Shown: piece by piece, positions 46,054-60,500 of the stretch
Position numbering within the stretch: the first letter of the stretch is position 1
How the letters are laid out: the number at the start of each line of letters is the position of its first letter
Source: Octopus vulgaris
Lineage: Eukaryota
NCBI GenBank assembly: GCA_951406725.2
Contig: OX597829.1
Span: 42,594,001-42,658,000 of the forward strand
Direction: 5' to 3'
Length of the DNA: 64,000 nucleotides
Made by a program: the position numbers and the translations under genes
The notes under the pieces: generated by a model
Told to the model about the DNA's origin: nothing
What the model saw: only the letters and a program-made list of their open reading frames with translations
Databases searched by the model: none

Positions 46054-46502
46054 AACAGTCACACACACGCAAGCGATTTATCAGTATCAATGACATCGAA
46101 AATATATATAACTTTTTATAATATTGTATTTTTTTTACATACATATAATTCGTTTATATGTTTCTGGCTACGAAATACATACGTTTCAGAGTGAATAAAT
46201 GTATGTTACGTGATTTCCTGTGTATGAATATGCACTTACATATGTATATATGTTTTCACATAAGCGCTCACAGAGAAACAGCATATGTTAATGCATATAT
46301 GCATATATATAAATGTATATATATATATTTATAATATATACATAAATGAATATATATATATATATATATATATTCATTTATGTATATATTATAAATATAA
46401 AGTAGCCCGTCCACTACATACACAAACACACACATACACATGTATATATACATGCATACAGAAATATATAAACATATCTCTGTGGATGTGTATATAAATA
46501 TG

Positions 46503-46630
<128 letters not shown>

Positions 46631-46869
46631 GTACATACATATATATATATATATTAATGTATACATGAATATATAAATATATATATTAATATATATTAAT
46701 ATATACATGAATGTGTGTTTGTGTATATATAAATATATATATATGTGTGTGTGTGTGTATATATATATGTGTGTGTGTAAATACATACATATATATGTGT
46801 GTGTGTGTGTGTGTAAATACAAACGTATATATATGTATGTATGTGCGTATCTGTATATGTGTGAGTGTG

Positions 46870-47050
46870 TCATTGTGTCTCGGTTTGTCTCCCCGTCACT
46901 TAGCGATTCAGCGAAGGTGACCAATAAATAGAATAAGAACTAGGTTTTAAAAAACCAAAGACTTCTGTGTAGATAAGTACGATTAAAAACTTTCAAGGCG
47001 ATGCCCTAGCATGGTCGCAGTCTAATGACTAAACCGAGTAAAAGATATAT
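46870..47050 (+). mobile_element. SINE family A, decayed 3' half
   Basis: ccccgtcacttagcgattc...ggcgatgccctagcatggtcgcagtctaatgact. Confidence 0.75.
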
Positions 47051-47275
47051 ACTAAAAGATATACATTAATATTAATATTTCGCTTAAGCATTACATGACT
47101 AATAACCAAGTATAGAACTCGACATACTTTTGATTTAGAACTAAGTGTAAGTCGAGTTGAGGGCGGTATTAAGAAAAAGAGAAGATAATGGTATAAATTG
47201 CTATCTCTAGACCTTCAAAAGGTACTCAGTTATTCAGTTGTCACTTCTTTTCCCTCATATCGATCTCTCTATCTC

Positions 47276-47358
<83 letters not shown>

Positions 47359-47379
47359 GTCTGTCTATCTATCTATCTG

Positions 47380-47427
<48 letters not shown>

Positions 47428-48656
47428 GACGACGGTGAACAGGTGTGGTCGCCGTTTGTGAGGCACGCTTTCCCGCAGCTCGTCTCCATGACCGAACTGC
47501 AGTCGTGGATCAAAAAGAGGCCGAGGAAGGGCGAATGGCACCGCGAGTGTCGCGTTGCTCTCAAGCAACTCTGCCGTCCTGGGTCGACCTTAAGTGACTT
47601 CAACACAACCAAAGCATTCTATAGGGGTTTAGTGGAGGGGAGGTACGACGACGAGCTCGGGGCGAACCTGGACGTCGACGAGGAGTACCTGACCCGCCTG
47701 TTCAGGACGACTTTCGGGCCAGGGCCGATGGACAACTTCCAGAGATCCCTGGCCTGGCAGTGCTACCGAGAAGCGCTACCCGTTCGGGATAAGCTCTACA
47801 GACACGGCTCGAGAAACACGGGGCCGACCTGCCCGAGATGCGGTCAGAGCGACGAAACCGTTCTGCACGCACTCGTTCAGTGTCCAACAATTTCCGACCT
47901 GTGGGCTTATGTCGAACAACTGCTGTCACGTGTGGGACGAGTCGGTTTATCAGCTGAGTCTATCGTCAATATTGTCACGCCTCCTTCCTTCAAACGGGAA
48001 GGAAGAGCTATTTTCATCATCCTTGTGGCTATGGCGAAAGAATGTATCTGGTGGACGCGTCTGAAAGGATTGGAGACAAACACTTTCCTCTCTGGTCAAT
48101 CTCTCATCAACTTCTTCAAGTACCACTTGAAAAGGAAAGTGAGAGTAGAGAGGCAAGTTTTGTCTAGCGAATGTTTTAAAAAAAGATGGGTGAATGTAGC
48201 AAGAATGGCACGTATGAATGACGAAGCCACCTTGAGCATAGTCCTATGAACCCAGAAATCGAAAACAGAGAGTTGCTTATTTGCAAAAAAAAAAAAAAAA
48301 AAAAGAAATATAAAATGTGACTTCATTGACCGAGGTTACCGTGGTCTTTTCCGTAGGCTTTTCTTTCCACGGGTAAACCTCACCTGTCCTCCCCTTTACA
48401 CTTCATATTGACATTTCTGTGATAACGATCCCTATTGATCAATTTTTTTATTTTTTTATTTTTTATTTTTTTTCTCTCCCCCTTTTTTTCTTAACCCCCC
48501 TTTTTTTGTCCTCTTTCTCTCCTTTTACGATCCCTTTTGATCGAAACTCCCCCTTCCTTTTTTTTTTTTTTTTTTTTTTTTAAACCTTCAAAAGAAAAGC
48601 TCTACCTTGTAATTTGTTCTATCTGTGTGCAGCCCTGTGTGGCTAATAAAGAAACA
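47428..48656 (+). mobile_element. Tx1/L1-like LINE, 5'-truncated young copy in (CTAT)n
   Basis: Open 268-aa ORF (47443-48249) with zf-RVT-like [25 protein letters not shown]; pyrimidine-rich 3' UTR ending aataaagaaa; (CTAT)n on both sides. Confidence 0.9.
47443..48249 (+). CDS. C-terminal part of LINE ORF2 (CCHC zinc-binding domain), transposon-derived
   Basis: Uninterrupted GC-rich ORF with C-x2-C-x8-H-x4-C; it lacks the endonuclease and RT domains because of 5' truncation. Confidence 0.75.
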   Translation: MWSPFVRHAFPQLVSMTELQSWIKKRPRKGEWHRECRVALKQLCRPGSTLSDFNTTKAFYRGLVEGRYDDELGANLDVDEEYLTRLFRTTFGPGPMDNFQRSLAWQCYREALPVRDKLYRHGSRNTGPTCPRCGQSDETVLHALVQCPTISDLWAYVEQLLSRVGRVGLSAESIVNIVTPPSFKREGRAIFIILVAMAKECIWWTRLKGLETNTFLSGQSLINFFKYHLKRKVRVERQVLSSECFKKRWVNVARMARMNDEATLSIVL

Positions 48657-48662
48657 TATCTG

Positions 48663-48709
<47 letters not shown>

Positions 48710-48783
48710 GTCTATCTATCTATCTATGTGTGCAGCCCTGTGTGGCTAATAAAGAAACTTATCTATCTATTTACCTATCTACG

Positions 48784-48844
<61 letters not shown>

Positions 48845-48856
48845 ATATATACATAG

Positions 48857-48941
<85 letters not shown>

Positions 48942-49030
48942 CACATATATATACATACATACCCACATGCATACATACATTCATAAAATATATATATGTA
49001 TATATATATATATATATATATAAATGTGTA

Positions 49031-49082
<52 letters not shown>

Positions 49083-49211
49083 CTATAAATGCTCTACTAT
49101 CTACACAGCCTTGTTTTTTTTTATCTTATTACGCAAAAACTTCTTTAATATATATATATATTCACACTGATTCATAATTTCTATGTATTCGTAAATACAT
49201 GACCATATATT

Positions 49212-49383
49212 CTTTTCTACTATAGACACAAGGACTGAAATTTGTGAGGGGGGGGGCAGTCGATTAGATCGACTCCAGTTTGCAAAAAGTTCTTAATTTA
49301 TCGACCCTCGAAATGATGAAAGGCAAAGTCGACCTCGGCGGAATTTGAACTCAGAACGCAAAAACAGATGAAATACCGGTAAG
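49212..49383 (-). mobile_element. SINE family B, 5'-truncated, with TSD
   Basis: 18-bp TSD aatacatgaccatatatt at 49194-49211 and 49384-49401. Confidence 0.9.
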
Positions 49384-49567
49384 AATACATGACCATATAT
49401 TTACAAACAAACCTTCAAACACCTATTTATATACGTGTGTGTGTTCGTATGTTTGTATGCGAATATTGTAACTTTTCTTCGGGTACTTTCGAAGTCACTG
49501 TCAATAAATTGAATTAAAATATAAAATCCTAATCTTGTACTGAGTTCCTTCTTTAATTACTAAGCCA

Positions 49568-49600
<33 letters not shown>

Positions 49601-50055
49601 TTATATATATATATATATAAATATCCTAGATACGTTTACGTATAGATATGTGTATTAGCATACATATAAACGTATGTATACATATGTATTCTTACATATG
49701 CCCTATATATATTAAAATGTGTGTATATATATCTACATCTATCAATATGTATATATATATGTGTGTGTGTGTGTGTGCGCGCCTGTGCAAACATGTATAC
49801 AGATACAGGTAAGTATTACTATTGATAAATACATATAGCATATTTCTTTGATATTATCTGAAATTTAGAAGCCGATAAAGAACCTGCATTTATCGGGCCA
49901 AATAATTAGGCATAAATATTGCTTGAAACCACACAGCTGCAATTTTAAATCATTCACTGAAGTACCTGTCTATGTAGTTATTGAATAATCAATCTGATAT
50001 ACATACGTACATACATTTACACAGACACACACACATATAAATATATACATGTATG

Positions 50056-50097
<42 letters not shown>

Positions 50098-50156
50098 ATA
50101 TATATCTTAAGGATTTAAGGATATATATATATATATAATAAATATATATGTATTTA

Positions 50157-50224
<68 letters not shown>

Positions 50225-50229
50225 TATAA

Positions 50230-50331
<102 letters not shown>

Positions 50332-50669
50332 ATGCTTGTTTTTGTGTGTGTAATTTGACAATGTAATCTCGTATAATGACGCGTTCAAACACAGTAGTTT
50401 TGAGGATATGATTAATTATGTTGCATTAATGAAATTGAATATTAGACACGAGGAATAGATGCAAATATATATATATATACGGTTTAAAGTTTCTTTGGAG
50501 CATAGAATATTATCATCTTCCGTAAAAATGTAGTTAAATTTCGAGATAAATAATCTCCGAAAATCGTAGATATTAAATTTTAATAAGAATAATGTTAAAA
50601 TAAATTCCAATTGTTCAAGTTACTCTGCGACACAAATTTTAAATATTTTTAGTAGATAATTTAAAGAGT

Positions 50670-50813
<144 letters not shown>

Positions 50814-50994
50814 ATGCAATTATATATATATATATAATTCTTCAGCTACGTAAATAAGTTGCTGATTACATTTTAATAATTACATTGAAGTAGACAATAA
50901 ATCCTTTAGTCTGTTATTATTTTCATGAAACATTTGATAAAAATTTTATTTGATATTAAGCAAAGATAATATTAGGTAAAATCAAAGTTTGTTA

Positions 50995-51205
50995 GGACAT
51001 AGAGCGGACGGAATGCTCAGCTGTACTTTGTCCGTCGTCGCATTCTGAGTTGAAAGTACGCCGAAGTCGACGCTGCCTCTCATTTCCTTCTCATCTTTTC
51101 GTGGACGATAAAATAAATACAAATGAAGCTGCGTGGTCAATGTAATTCAGTCGTTTCATTCCAATAATTTCGGACCTCGTTCATACAGTAGAAAGGATTA
51201 TCAGA
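50995..51205 (+). mobile_element. SINE family B, decayed
   Basis: ttctgagttgaaagtacgccgaagtcgacg...gacgataaaataaatac. Confidence 0.65.
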
Positions 51206-51346
51206 AATTATAAAAAAGTATTGAGTATCAGATGTTATATTTATGGTAGCGATGGATGTGAAATTCCTATACCAGGAACCATGAATTCCACACACACACA
51301 CACCTATACATACATACATACATACATACATACATACATACATACA

Positions 51347-51380
<34 letters not shown>

Positions 51381-51395
51381 CATACATACATACAT

Positions 51396-51463
<68 letters not shown>

Positions 51464-51538
51464 GTATATACACATACATAAATACATACATACATGCATT
51501 CACACGTACATACATATATTTCTGTGTACCAATCTATC

Positions 51539-51624
<86 letters not shown>

Positions 51625-51625
51625 G

Positions 51626-51679
<54 letters not shown>

Positions 51680-51680
51680 G

Positions 51681-51733
<53 letters not shown>

Positions 51734-52083
51734 GTCTGTCTGTGTGTGTGTCTGTCTGTCTGTTTGTTTGTTTTTCTGTCTGTTTGGCTATCTATTTATC
51801 TCTTTCTATATTTCACTCTATCTATCCTTCTATATATCTGTCTATATATGTCCCTAACTGGTTAGCTATCTAAATGTATCTATCTATATGTAGTTTGATA
51901 GATATAGAAACTGGTAGACAGATAAACTATGCAAGGTTTTTGAAATAATGGACAGAAAATGATTATCCGATATCTATAAGAAATAAGAGATTGTTCACGT
52001 CTGACTTAACGGATATCTCTACATAATACAACGCAGAGTTTGTAAAAGAAAATCATTAAACGGTCATACTGAGCGATATCAAG

Positions 52084-52174
52084 TTAAGACCCTGAAGAGA
52101 CTGTACCGTTTTATGGTAGGGTTGCAATTGCAACGATAACTAATCGATGCAACAGAAACATATGTTGGTCTTAA
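52084..52174 (+). ncRNA. Type I hammerhead ribozyme motif with long stem II insertion
   Basis: uuaagacc CUGAAGA ... GAAAC auau GUU ggucuuaa: perfect 8-bp stem I and palindromic stem III. Confidence 0.65.
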
Positions 52175-52432
52175 AAGGTGGTATATAATTATAGAATTAA
52201 AGGTAACGCTCTTGGTACTTCGGAGTAATCCTTATTTTTAATATTGTCCAGGAAATTTATATGGTTATGGAAATATATTAGGAATTTTCCGACGGAATAT
52301 TCCTCTAATTTCTCATCTTATAAGGATGTTATTGGATTTATAGGTTAACTGTTGAATTACATATTTTGAATACTTAATCGATAGCTGACTGGTAATCGTT
52401 TTGTGGTACTTCCTTTACTTTTTACTAATATA

Positions 52433-52479
<47 letters not shown>

Positions 52480-52529
52480 ATATATACATATATATACATA
52501 CATACAATGTATACATATATGTACATATA

Positions 52530-52579
<50 letters not shown>

Positions 52580-52772
52580 TGTGTGTTTATGTCTATGTGT
52601 GTGTGGTGTGTGTCCTTTTTTTGTGTTTGTGCCTCCCCACCACTTGGCAACCGGTAATGGTATGTTTATGTCTCCGTAACTTGGCTGTTCGACAAAAAAT
52701 GAAATATTGGGATCGATGCATTCGAATAAAAATTCAAGTCAGTAGTCGAATAACTGAAAGAAGTGTGTGTAT

Positions 52773-52819
<47 letters not shown>

Positions 52820-53287
52820 TGTGTGAACGTGTGTGTGTCTGGGCATGTGTGTGTGTATGTGTGTGCGTGTGTGCGTGCGTGCTTGTTACTCGAATAATTC
52901 CAATTTGTCGAAATTTCTGCACTCTATAATTTTGTAGGTCTCTGCTAGATATGTGTTTAGTATGTAGAGCCCTCCACAGTGCTATCAGCCATATTGTAAA
53001 GCATCAATATATGTTGTTAATTGAATTGCTTTTGCTAATTAAGCACCATTTCACCTCTTTAGAATGGGATGCAATCACATTGAATAATTTAACACTTCGC
53101 ACTACATTTTGCAGTGTCGTATTTCTACATAAAACAGTAGCATAGATCTTCAAAGAAATTTGGCTGCTATTTCTTGAAGGTCAGACTACCATTTTGTCGT
53201 TTTTTTTATTTTTATGATTTGATCCATTCTATGTAGAATGTAATTGTAACATCATTTTGTTGTTTTACTGGACTGTTATGATGGGTT

Positions 53288-53615
53288 GGTGAAAGCGCAT
53301 GGCTTAGTGGTTAGGGCATTCAGCTCACGATTGTAAGGTCGTGAGTTCGCTTCCAAGCGACGCGTTGTATCCTTGAGCAAGACACTTTATTTCATGTTGC
53401 TCCAGTCCACTCAGCTGGCAAAAATGAGTTGTACCTGTATTTCAAAGGGTCGGCCTTGTCACTCTCTGTGTCACGCTGAATCTCCCTGAGAACTACGTTA
53501 AGGGTACACGTGTCTGTGGAGTACTCAGCCACTTGCACGTTAATTTCACGAGCAGGCTATTCCGTTGATTCGTATCAGCTGGGATCCTCGTCGTCGTAAC
53601 CGACGGAGTGCTCCT
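53288..53615 (+). mobile_element. tRNA-derived SINE family D with TSD
   Basis: Head tggcttagtggttagggc...gagttcgcttcc, CORE-like ccttgagcaagacactt, 3' part shared with 4608-5006; 12-bp TSD ttatgatgggtt. Confidence 0.9.
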
Positions 53616-54385
53616 TTATGATGGGTTACCACCTTCGAAATTTCTTGTCTAAAACTTCTTTCAATGATTTATATGAATTTTCTCGATCTCGAAATTATAA
53701 GACATGATGAATCTACTCGGGATCTAAAAGATTTTTAAAAAATAGAAATTTTAAAGGGAGGTAACCTTATGTCACAGATATTTTCTCGAACGCTCTGCAG
53801 TTCATCTTCCTTATTTCACAATATTTACAGTAATTTTTGATATGATGACTTCTAGAGTAGTTTTCATTTCTTGCAGCTAATTTTTCCATTCTAATGTTTA
53901 TTCATCTTTATTTTGTCTCTTTGCAGATTCTTTCATGTCAATTCGTTTCGATTTTACCCGGTTTGCTGTAAAATTTCAAAACAGGTTGTTCTTGAATGGA
54001 ATCAGGAAGAATTATTCGTTCAGTTTATAGAAATGAAGCTTCGAGTCCCCGGACATGCCAACGATACTTTGGCAAGTTTTGCTCGTAAATTTTCCTTTCA
54101 CAGATTCCCCCCGTTCTCGAAGACAAACTCTGTTCAATCTTGATCGACTAAAAACCGTAGTCGAAGTGAATCCAAAGCAACCTAGTTGAGAATTAGCAAG
54201 ACATTTCAATTTAAGTTATACTTCGATCATAAAATATCTTCAAACTAAGGAAAATGTCTTCTAAACTTGGTCAGTGGGTCCCTCATTATCGGATTCCTTC
54301 TAAGCTTAATCAAATAACTGCCTTCTGCACGTCATTGAAGAATTGGATAGCTACCGAACCTTTTCTTGGCAGAATCATCACAAGG

Positions 54386-54617
54386 GATGGCGATCTGGCA
54401 GAAACGTTAGGCCGCCGGGCGAAATGCTTAGCGATATTTCGTCTGCCGTTACGTTCTGAGTTCAAATTCCACCGAGGCCGACTTTGCCGGTCATCCCTTC
54501 GGAGTCGATAAATTAAATACCAGTTACGCACTGGGGGTCGATGTAATCGACTTAATCCGTTTGTCTGTCCTTGTTTGTCCCCTCTATGTTTAGCCCCTTG
54601 TGGGCAATAAAGAAATA
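54386..54617 (+). mobile_element. SINE family B, full length, inside mariner
   Basis: Duplication agaatcatcacaagggatg at 54371-54389 and 54618-54636. Confidence 0.93.
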
Positions 54618-55215
54618 AGAATCATCACAAGGGATGAAATGTAAATTCTCTGTAATTATATCTAACGAAAACTGCAATGGTTAGCACTCAATGAGAATAG
54701 AGTGTCAGTTCATAAATTAAGATTCTACCCGAAGAAAGTTATACTCTGAGTTTGTGGGATATGAAAAATATCTTTCACGATGTGTTAAAACAAAACGAAA
54801 TAGTTATTTCGGAGAAGAATTGCCGTCAATTTACACAGAATTTTGCAGAAAAAGCGTCCATCATCGGTCGGTCTTAATGGGTCATTGTCCTTACGAGATA
54901 ATGCAAGACCAATATTGGCCAGATCACCGAAGATTATGCTTCTTAATATGGAAGTCTGCCATATCTTTGTTACTCTCCTGACTTTGATTCTGCAATCATC
55001 TTTTCATCTTTTGTAAATTGTGATACATTGATCTTAAAAGGTCAATGCATCGTTATTTAGAGGGAAAACGGTTAATTATTTGTGAAGAGGTTAGAAATAA
55101 TATTGAGTTTTTTGGGGGGTTTTTTCTCCTCGAAACCTGAAAATTTTTATAACTGAAAGATCAACAATTTGTCATACAGATGGAATTATCTTGTTAATAA
55201 TGAGGGAAACTGATG

Positions 55216-55410
55216 TAAGGCGGTGAGCTGGCAGAATCGTTACTTGTGGCATTTCATCCGCTTTACATTCCGAGTTCAAATTTCGCCGTGGTCAACTGAG
55301 TTATTCATACTTTCCGGGTCGATAATAATAAACACCAGTCTAGAACTGGGGCTGAAGTAATCGAATTACCACCTCCCCCGAAATTGCTGGCCTTGTACCA
55401 AAATTCGAAA
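55216..55410 (+). mobile_element. SINE family B variant
   Basis: aaggcggtgagctggcagaatcgtt head; flanking ttaataatgag repeat is a probable TSD. Confidence 0.85.
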
Positions 55411-56664
55411 TTAATAATGAGTGGAAATTATTTTGATTAAATATATGACTTAAGACGTCAGAAAATTTTGTTTTGTTTCTTCTTTTTGGTTCTCAACTTA
55501 ACATAAGAAAATCAAAAACGCTACTATTTTCAATGTCGCTATAATACGAATGGCTCTTCACCATAACACGGCTGAGACTGACCAAGGGCAAAATAACAAT
55601 ATCGCACACACCAACAATAACAACAAAATTGTATTACGTAGATACATTAATACATACATAATTATGTCTATCTATGTACATAGGTATATATATATATATA
55701 TGATAAAAATAGTAATGCAATACGAGAGTATTGCTTTCCAGTAAAGAATAACCCGTGAGGGAAAATTATACATAGAAGTAAATATATATATATATATATA
55801 CGTCTGTGTGTGTGTGTATTCTTAACATTTTTAACACATCAATATCTTTGTTTAAATTCATTTTTGCTCTCTATTTTTTATATTCCAGTATTATTATTAT
55901 TATTATTATTTTTTTTTTTTTGTTACTTTTCTCGACTTTCTGTAGCAGTATTTTAGTTATTGATTTTTTCCTTTTTTTTTTTATTTGACTTTTACATATT
56001 TTGTTGTAAGATTACAGCATCCGTTTCGTATGTGAATTTTAAACTAAATATCTCACTAAGAACTCTTGGCAAGTGTAAATATATACAGAGCAGTGGAGAT
56101 CAGAGAAGCTTGTTTTGTTTAGCTGGTTTTTTTTACTCCTTATTTTTTTATATATTTTGTACAGAGTGGATGAGGGGGTGAGGGTGATAGCTTGGCGTGG
56201 GACTTTTAAGTATTTTCCCCCTTATATGTATATGTGTGTATGTTTCTTTTTTCTTCTGTTTTTTAGTGTATGTAGCTTCATTTTAAAAACTCACAACACA
56301 ATACGTTTGTGACAGGGAATGGAGGGAAGGAATGGCTGATTACTACTGAGCATGTTGAGAGAAAAAGAGAGTAAAAATACGAGAGAGAAGAAAAAAAGAA
56401 GGAGAAGAACAAGAAGAGGAGGAGAAGGAGGAGGAGGATAAAGATGGCGAAGTGGGAATTGGAAGAGAAAGAGGATATTTAAGCTGCTTGAATTCGATGA
56501 GGGTAGTTGGGCGTATTTCAAGTACGTAAAAGGTTAAAAGAAAATAAATGAGAGTGCGCATGCAAGGGTGAGATGAAGGTGATGACAAAGAGATAGAAGG
56601 CAAAGGGAGAGAATGGCTGGGACAATACATATATATATGTATTTATACACACACACACACACAC

Positions 56665-56733
<69 letters not shown>

Positions 56734-56841
56734 TGCACACATATAAATAAGTACGCACCGACACACACATACACACACACTCTGGCTCTCTATACATATG
56801 TAAATATATTTGTGTGTGTGTATTGTATATATATACGTATA

Positions 56842-56918
<77 letters not shown>

Positions 56919-56920
56919 AG

Positions 56921-56970
<50 letters not shown>

Positions 56971-57044
56971 TGTATATACATATACATATAAATACATATA
57001 CATACATACATACACACACACACACAAACACACACGTGTATATA

Positions 57045-57077
<33 letters not shown>

Positions 57078-57079
<2 letters not shown>

Positions 57080-57455
57080 GCATGGGTGTGTAGTAAGAAG
57101 CTTGCTTCCCAACCACATGGTTCCGGGTTCAGTCCCACTGCGTGACACCTTGGCCAAATGTCTTCTGCAATAGTCTCGGGCCGACCAGAGCTTTGTAAGT
57201 GGATTTGGTTGGCGGAAACTGAAAGAAGCCCATCGAAGCATATGTATAGATACATACATATATATATATATATTTGTATGTGCCTGTGTCTGTTCCGTCA
57301 TCGCAGCTTGACAACCGGTGGTGGTGTGTTTACTTCCCCGTATTGTATGTACTAGGTTTAAAAAAAAAGCTCGGGTCGATTTGTTTGACTGAAATCCTTC
57401 AAGGCGGTGTTACAGCATGGCCACAATGAAATGACCGAAACAATTAGAATAGAAG
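57078..57455 (+). mobile_element. SINE family A, older copy
   Basis: Colinear with the consensus, with a deletion in the 3' half. Confidence 0.87.
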
Positions 57456-57475
57456 AATGTGTGTGCGTGTGTATA

Positions 57476-57569
<94 letters not shown>

Positions 57570-60500
57570 GTTTCATTTATTTTACATCCGGGCAAAGGAT
57601 TACATAATGAAATGATAAAAATAAATAAAGAAAAAAGTGCGCACGATATACAATGAAAAGGAAGGGATATATACATAGTATACAAAGATTAAGAAAAAAA
57701 GGCGCGGATAATACAGGATGACCTCTAAGGATACGCCCACTGTCCAAGATCTCCTTGGGCACGAAAGGCAATGCCCTCTCCAATTCCTTCTCTCCGACTC
57801 ACAGGTCTACACTAAGAGAGGTACCTTCCACTCTTGTCATATTCGCAACATTTCCCCACCTTTCAATGAACTCCCCCGAGGGCAGCACTTCCCGCTCCAC
57901 ACTCAATTTCCTTTTCAAGTGAAACTTGAAGAAGTCAATGAGAGCTCTGCCAAAGAATAATGTATCTGGCCTCATGCTTTTCAGCCTTGTCCACTAAACA
58001 ATATCTTTCGCCACAGCCACCAGCCAAAGGAAAACTGCCTTGCATGCCCGATTGAAGGAGGGCGGCGGTGCAATCATCACTACAGACACGGTCAACAGAC
58101 GGATCCGTCACACACATGACAGCAGCTGTTCGACATAACCACACAAGTCACCAATGCCCGGATACTGAACGAGTGTGTGTAAAACGGACAAGCCCGTTTT
58201 ACAGCACATCCGTGCCTGTAGAGTTTGTCTCGAACCGGTAGCGCCCCCTCCCCCCGCCGTAGCACTGCCAGGTCATGGACATCTGCAAATTATCCATGAC
58301 AGTTCCTGACCAGAAAGTCTTCCGGAACAGGCTGGCCAGTTCCCTTTCGTCGACGCCAAGACTGTCCCTGAGAACGTTGGCGCAATTCTCCGCCACTAAT
58401 ACTCTATAAATTGCTAAAGCAGAACACTCGCCGATCCCATTGCTCGACTGGTAGAGGGTGTGAGGGCTTGACGATATTCTACGTGTCAAACGCACAGTCT
58501 CAGTTTTTTTTCATCCAGGATTGCGTTTCCCAGGATATCGACGACAAGCGCCAACTTTTTCTCTAACTCTTTGGCCAAAATCTTAAACTCTATGTTTAGC
58601 AGAGTTATGTGCCAAAAATTTCCAAGTACGTTCCCATTGTCGGCGTTCTTAAACATTAGTGTTATCCTGGCTAACAGCAATAGGAATTTTGTACTGTTGC
58701 CAGTTGCAGTAGACATCTGCCAAGAGGTAGCCAAAAAAAGTCAGGCATGAATACATAGAATTCATAAGGCAGACCATCCAAACCGGGTGATTTACAACTT
58801 GTGCAATCGCTCACCGCCTTCCGAATTTCAGTGCCTGTTATTGGTTTTTCACATAACCTCGCGTCAGCTGCTGAGAACCACTTCAGGCCGCCTAGGTACG
58901 AACTAAATCCACTATTATCGTCAACCCATCGCCCTCTACGAACAGCCGCGCGAAGTGCGGATGAAAAGCTTCACACATCTGCTCGGAGCCGTGTAGCACG
59001 AGCCCGTCCCGATCCATCAAGGATATAATCGTGGTTTTGTTTTTACTTCGCGTCTCTATCATTAGGACCCATCGGACAGCTTTATTTCCTTCGTGTTTGA
59101 GCGCACGGGCCTTAGCTCTGAAAATGCAATTTTTGTGTTTCGCTTCGAAGAAATGGTCAAGGGCCATCATCGGTCACCACTCTTCTAATTTGCTAAATAG
59201 TTCACTCTAATGTATTCTTTTTTATTGCTAAATCTCTGCTAAACATCGATTCTGCTCAAATCGCCTTCTTCTGGGCGATCCACCACTGGTTGCTGACGAT
59301 TTCTCCTGCTAACTGCCGTTTAACTAGTTCGTTAATCCATTCCCTGTAGTCTTTGCGTGCCGGAAAGGACGCGTTTAACTTTCAGTAACCGGGTCCCTGT
59401 CTACGGATCCTATCTAACTCGACTGTACAGATCACAAACTTGTGGTCTGTGTAGCCGACCACTTTCAATTGTATACAACCTATGCTATCCCTAACCACTG
59501 CCCTAACAAATACTTATCTAGATACAATCTGGATAACCCATTGTGGTTGCTCCATGTCCACACGGATACACCGGGGAAATCCAGTCGATACCCGTTAGGC
59601 AACTGTAAGAAGATTTTCGAGGCTTTTGCACTCGCTTCTTCCGTGTTCTATCCCCACAGAGTCCTTCCGTGCGTCCAAAATACTATTCCAGGACCCTCCT
59701 AGCACTAATGTGTGAAACATTCCCAGGAAAGTTTCAATACGCTTGAAGATATCTGGCCTTCTAACCACTGTCGGGGATAAACGGCCACCTGTCTAAAGGC
59801 AGCCCCTTCGCTGCCATTCACACTTAGGATCACCAGACTACCATCCGGGTCCAAGAAGATTGCCCGTACTTTGAGACATAAGGATCTTCGGAATAGCTCT
59901 GCTATCCCGCCGCCCGCTCCCGACAAACCACAAGATGAGAGTATCACATAGTTGTCGACAATAGGCACTGGTGCTTGTGCATTAGAAATCCTTGTCTGGC
60001 TAATTACAGTAACATCTAATACGAGCGACCTAAATTCGTTAAACAAGCAGCCTTGCTTCCAAGCTGAATCCTGGCCATACACATTCACACACCCTAATTT
60101 CATAGTTGACATGTCAGTAGGAGAAAGACAACGGGGGAGACCACTCATCTTGATTTTTGAGACGCTCAGATATTTCGGACATCTCTCCGGGTAGCTGTCT
60201 TATGAAAGACCCTTCTAATAGTCTTTTGTTGATAATTTTCTTTAAAGATTCCAACACCAGCCGCGTATTTTTCTCGAATGGGTCCTCGACCCATTTTCTT
60301 TCGGGGTGGATTTCAAAATGAAAATATCGTCATACACATCCAGTATCATTCCGAAATACTGGATGTTGATCTCTGTAGGCACATTCAAAAACGTAATCTT
60401 ATTCACTTTCCTCCCCAGATAAGGTGGGATGAAAATATGTTCATGCCTCTTTGCTATGGCATGTAACCATGAGAGATCCAAATTCTTTAGAGAGATCCAA

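Larger units (their letters stand above)
54020..55440 (+). mobile_element. Degenerate mariner transposase relic
   Basis: KLGQWVPH, EPFLGRIITRDE (split by a SINE), DNARP and YSPDF motifs in the expected order, with many stops. Confidence 0.8.
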
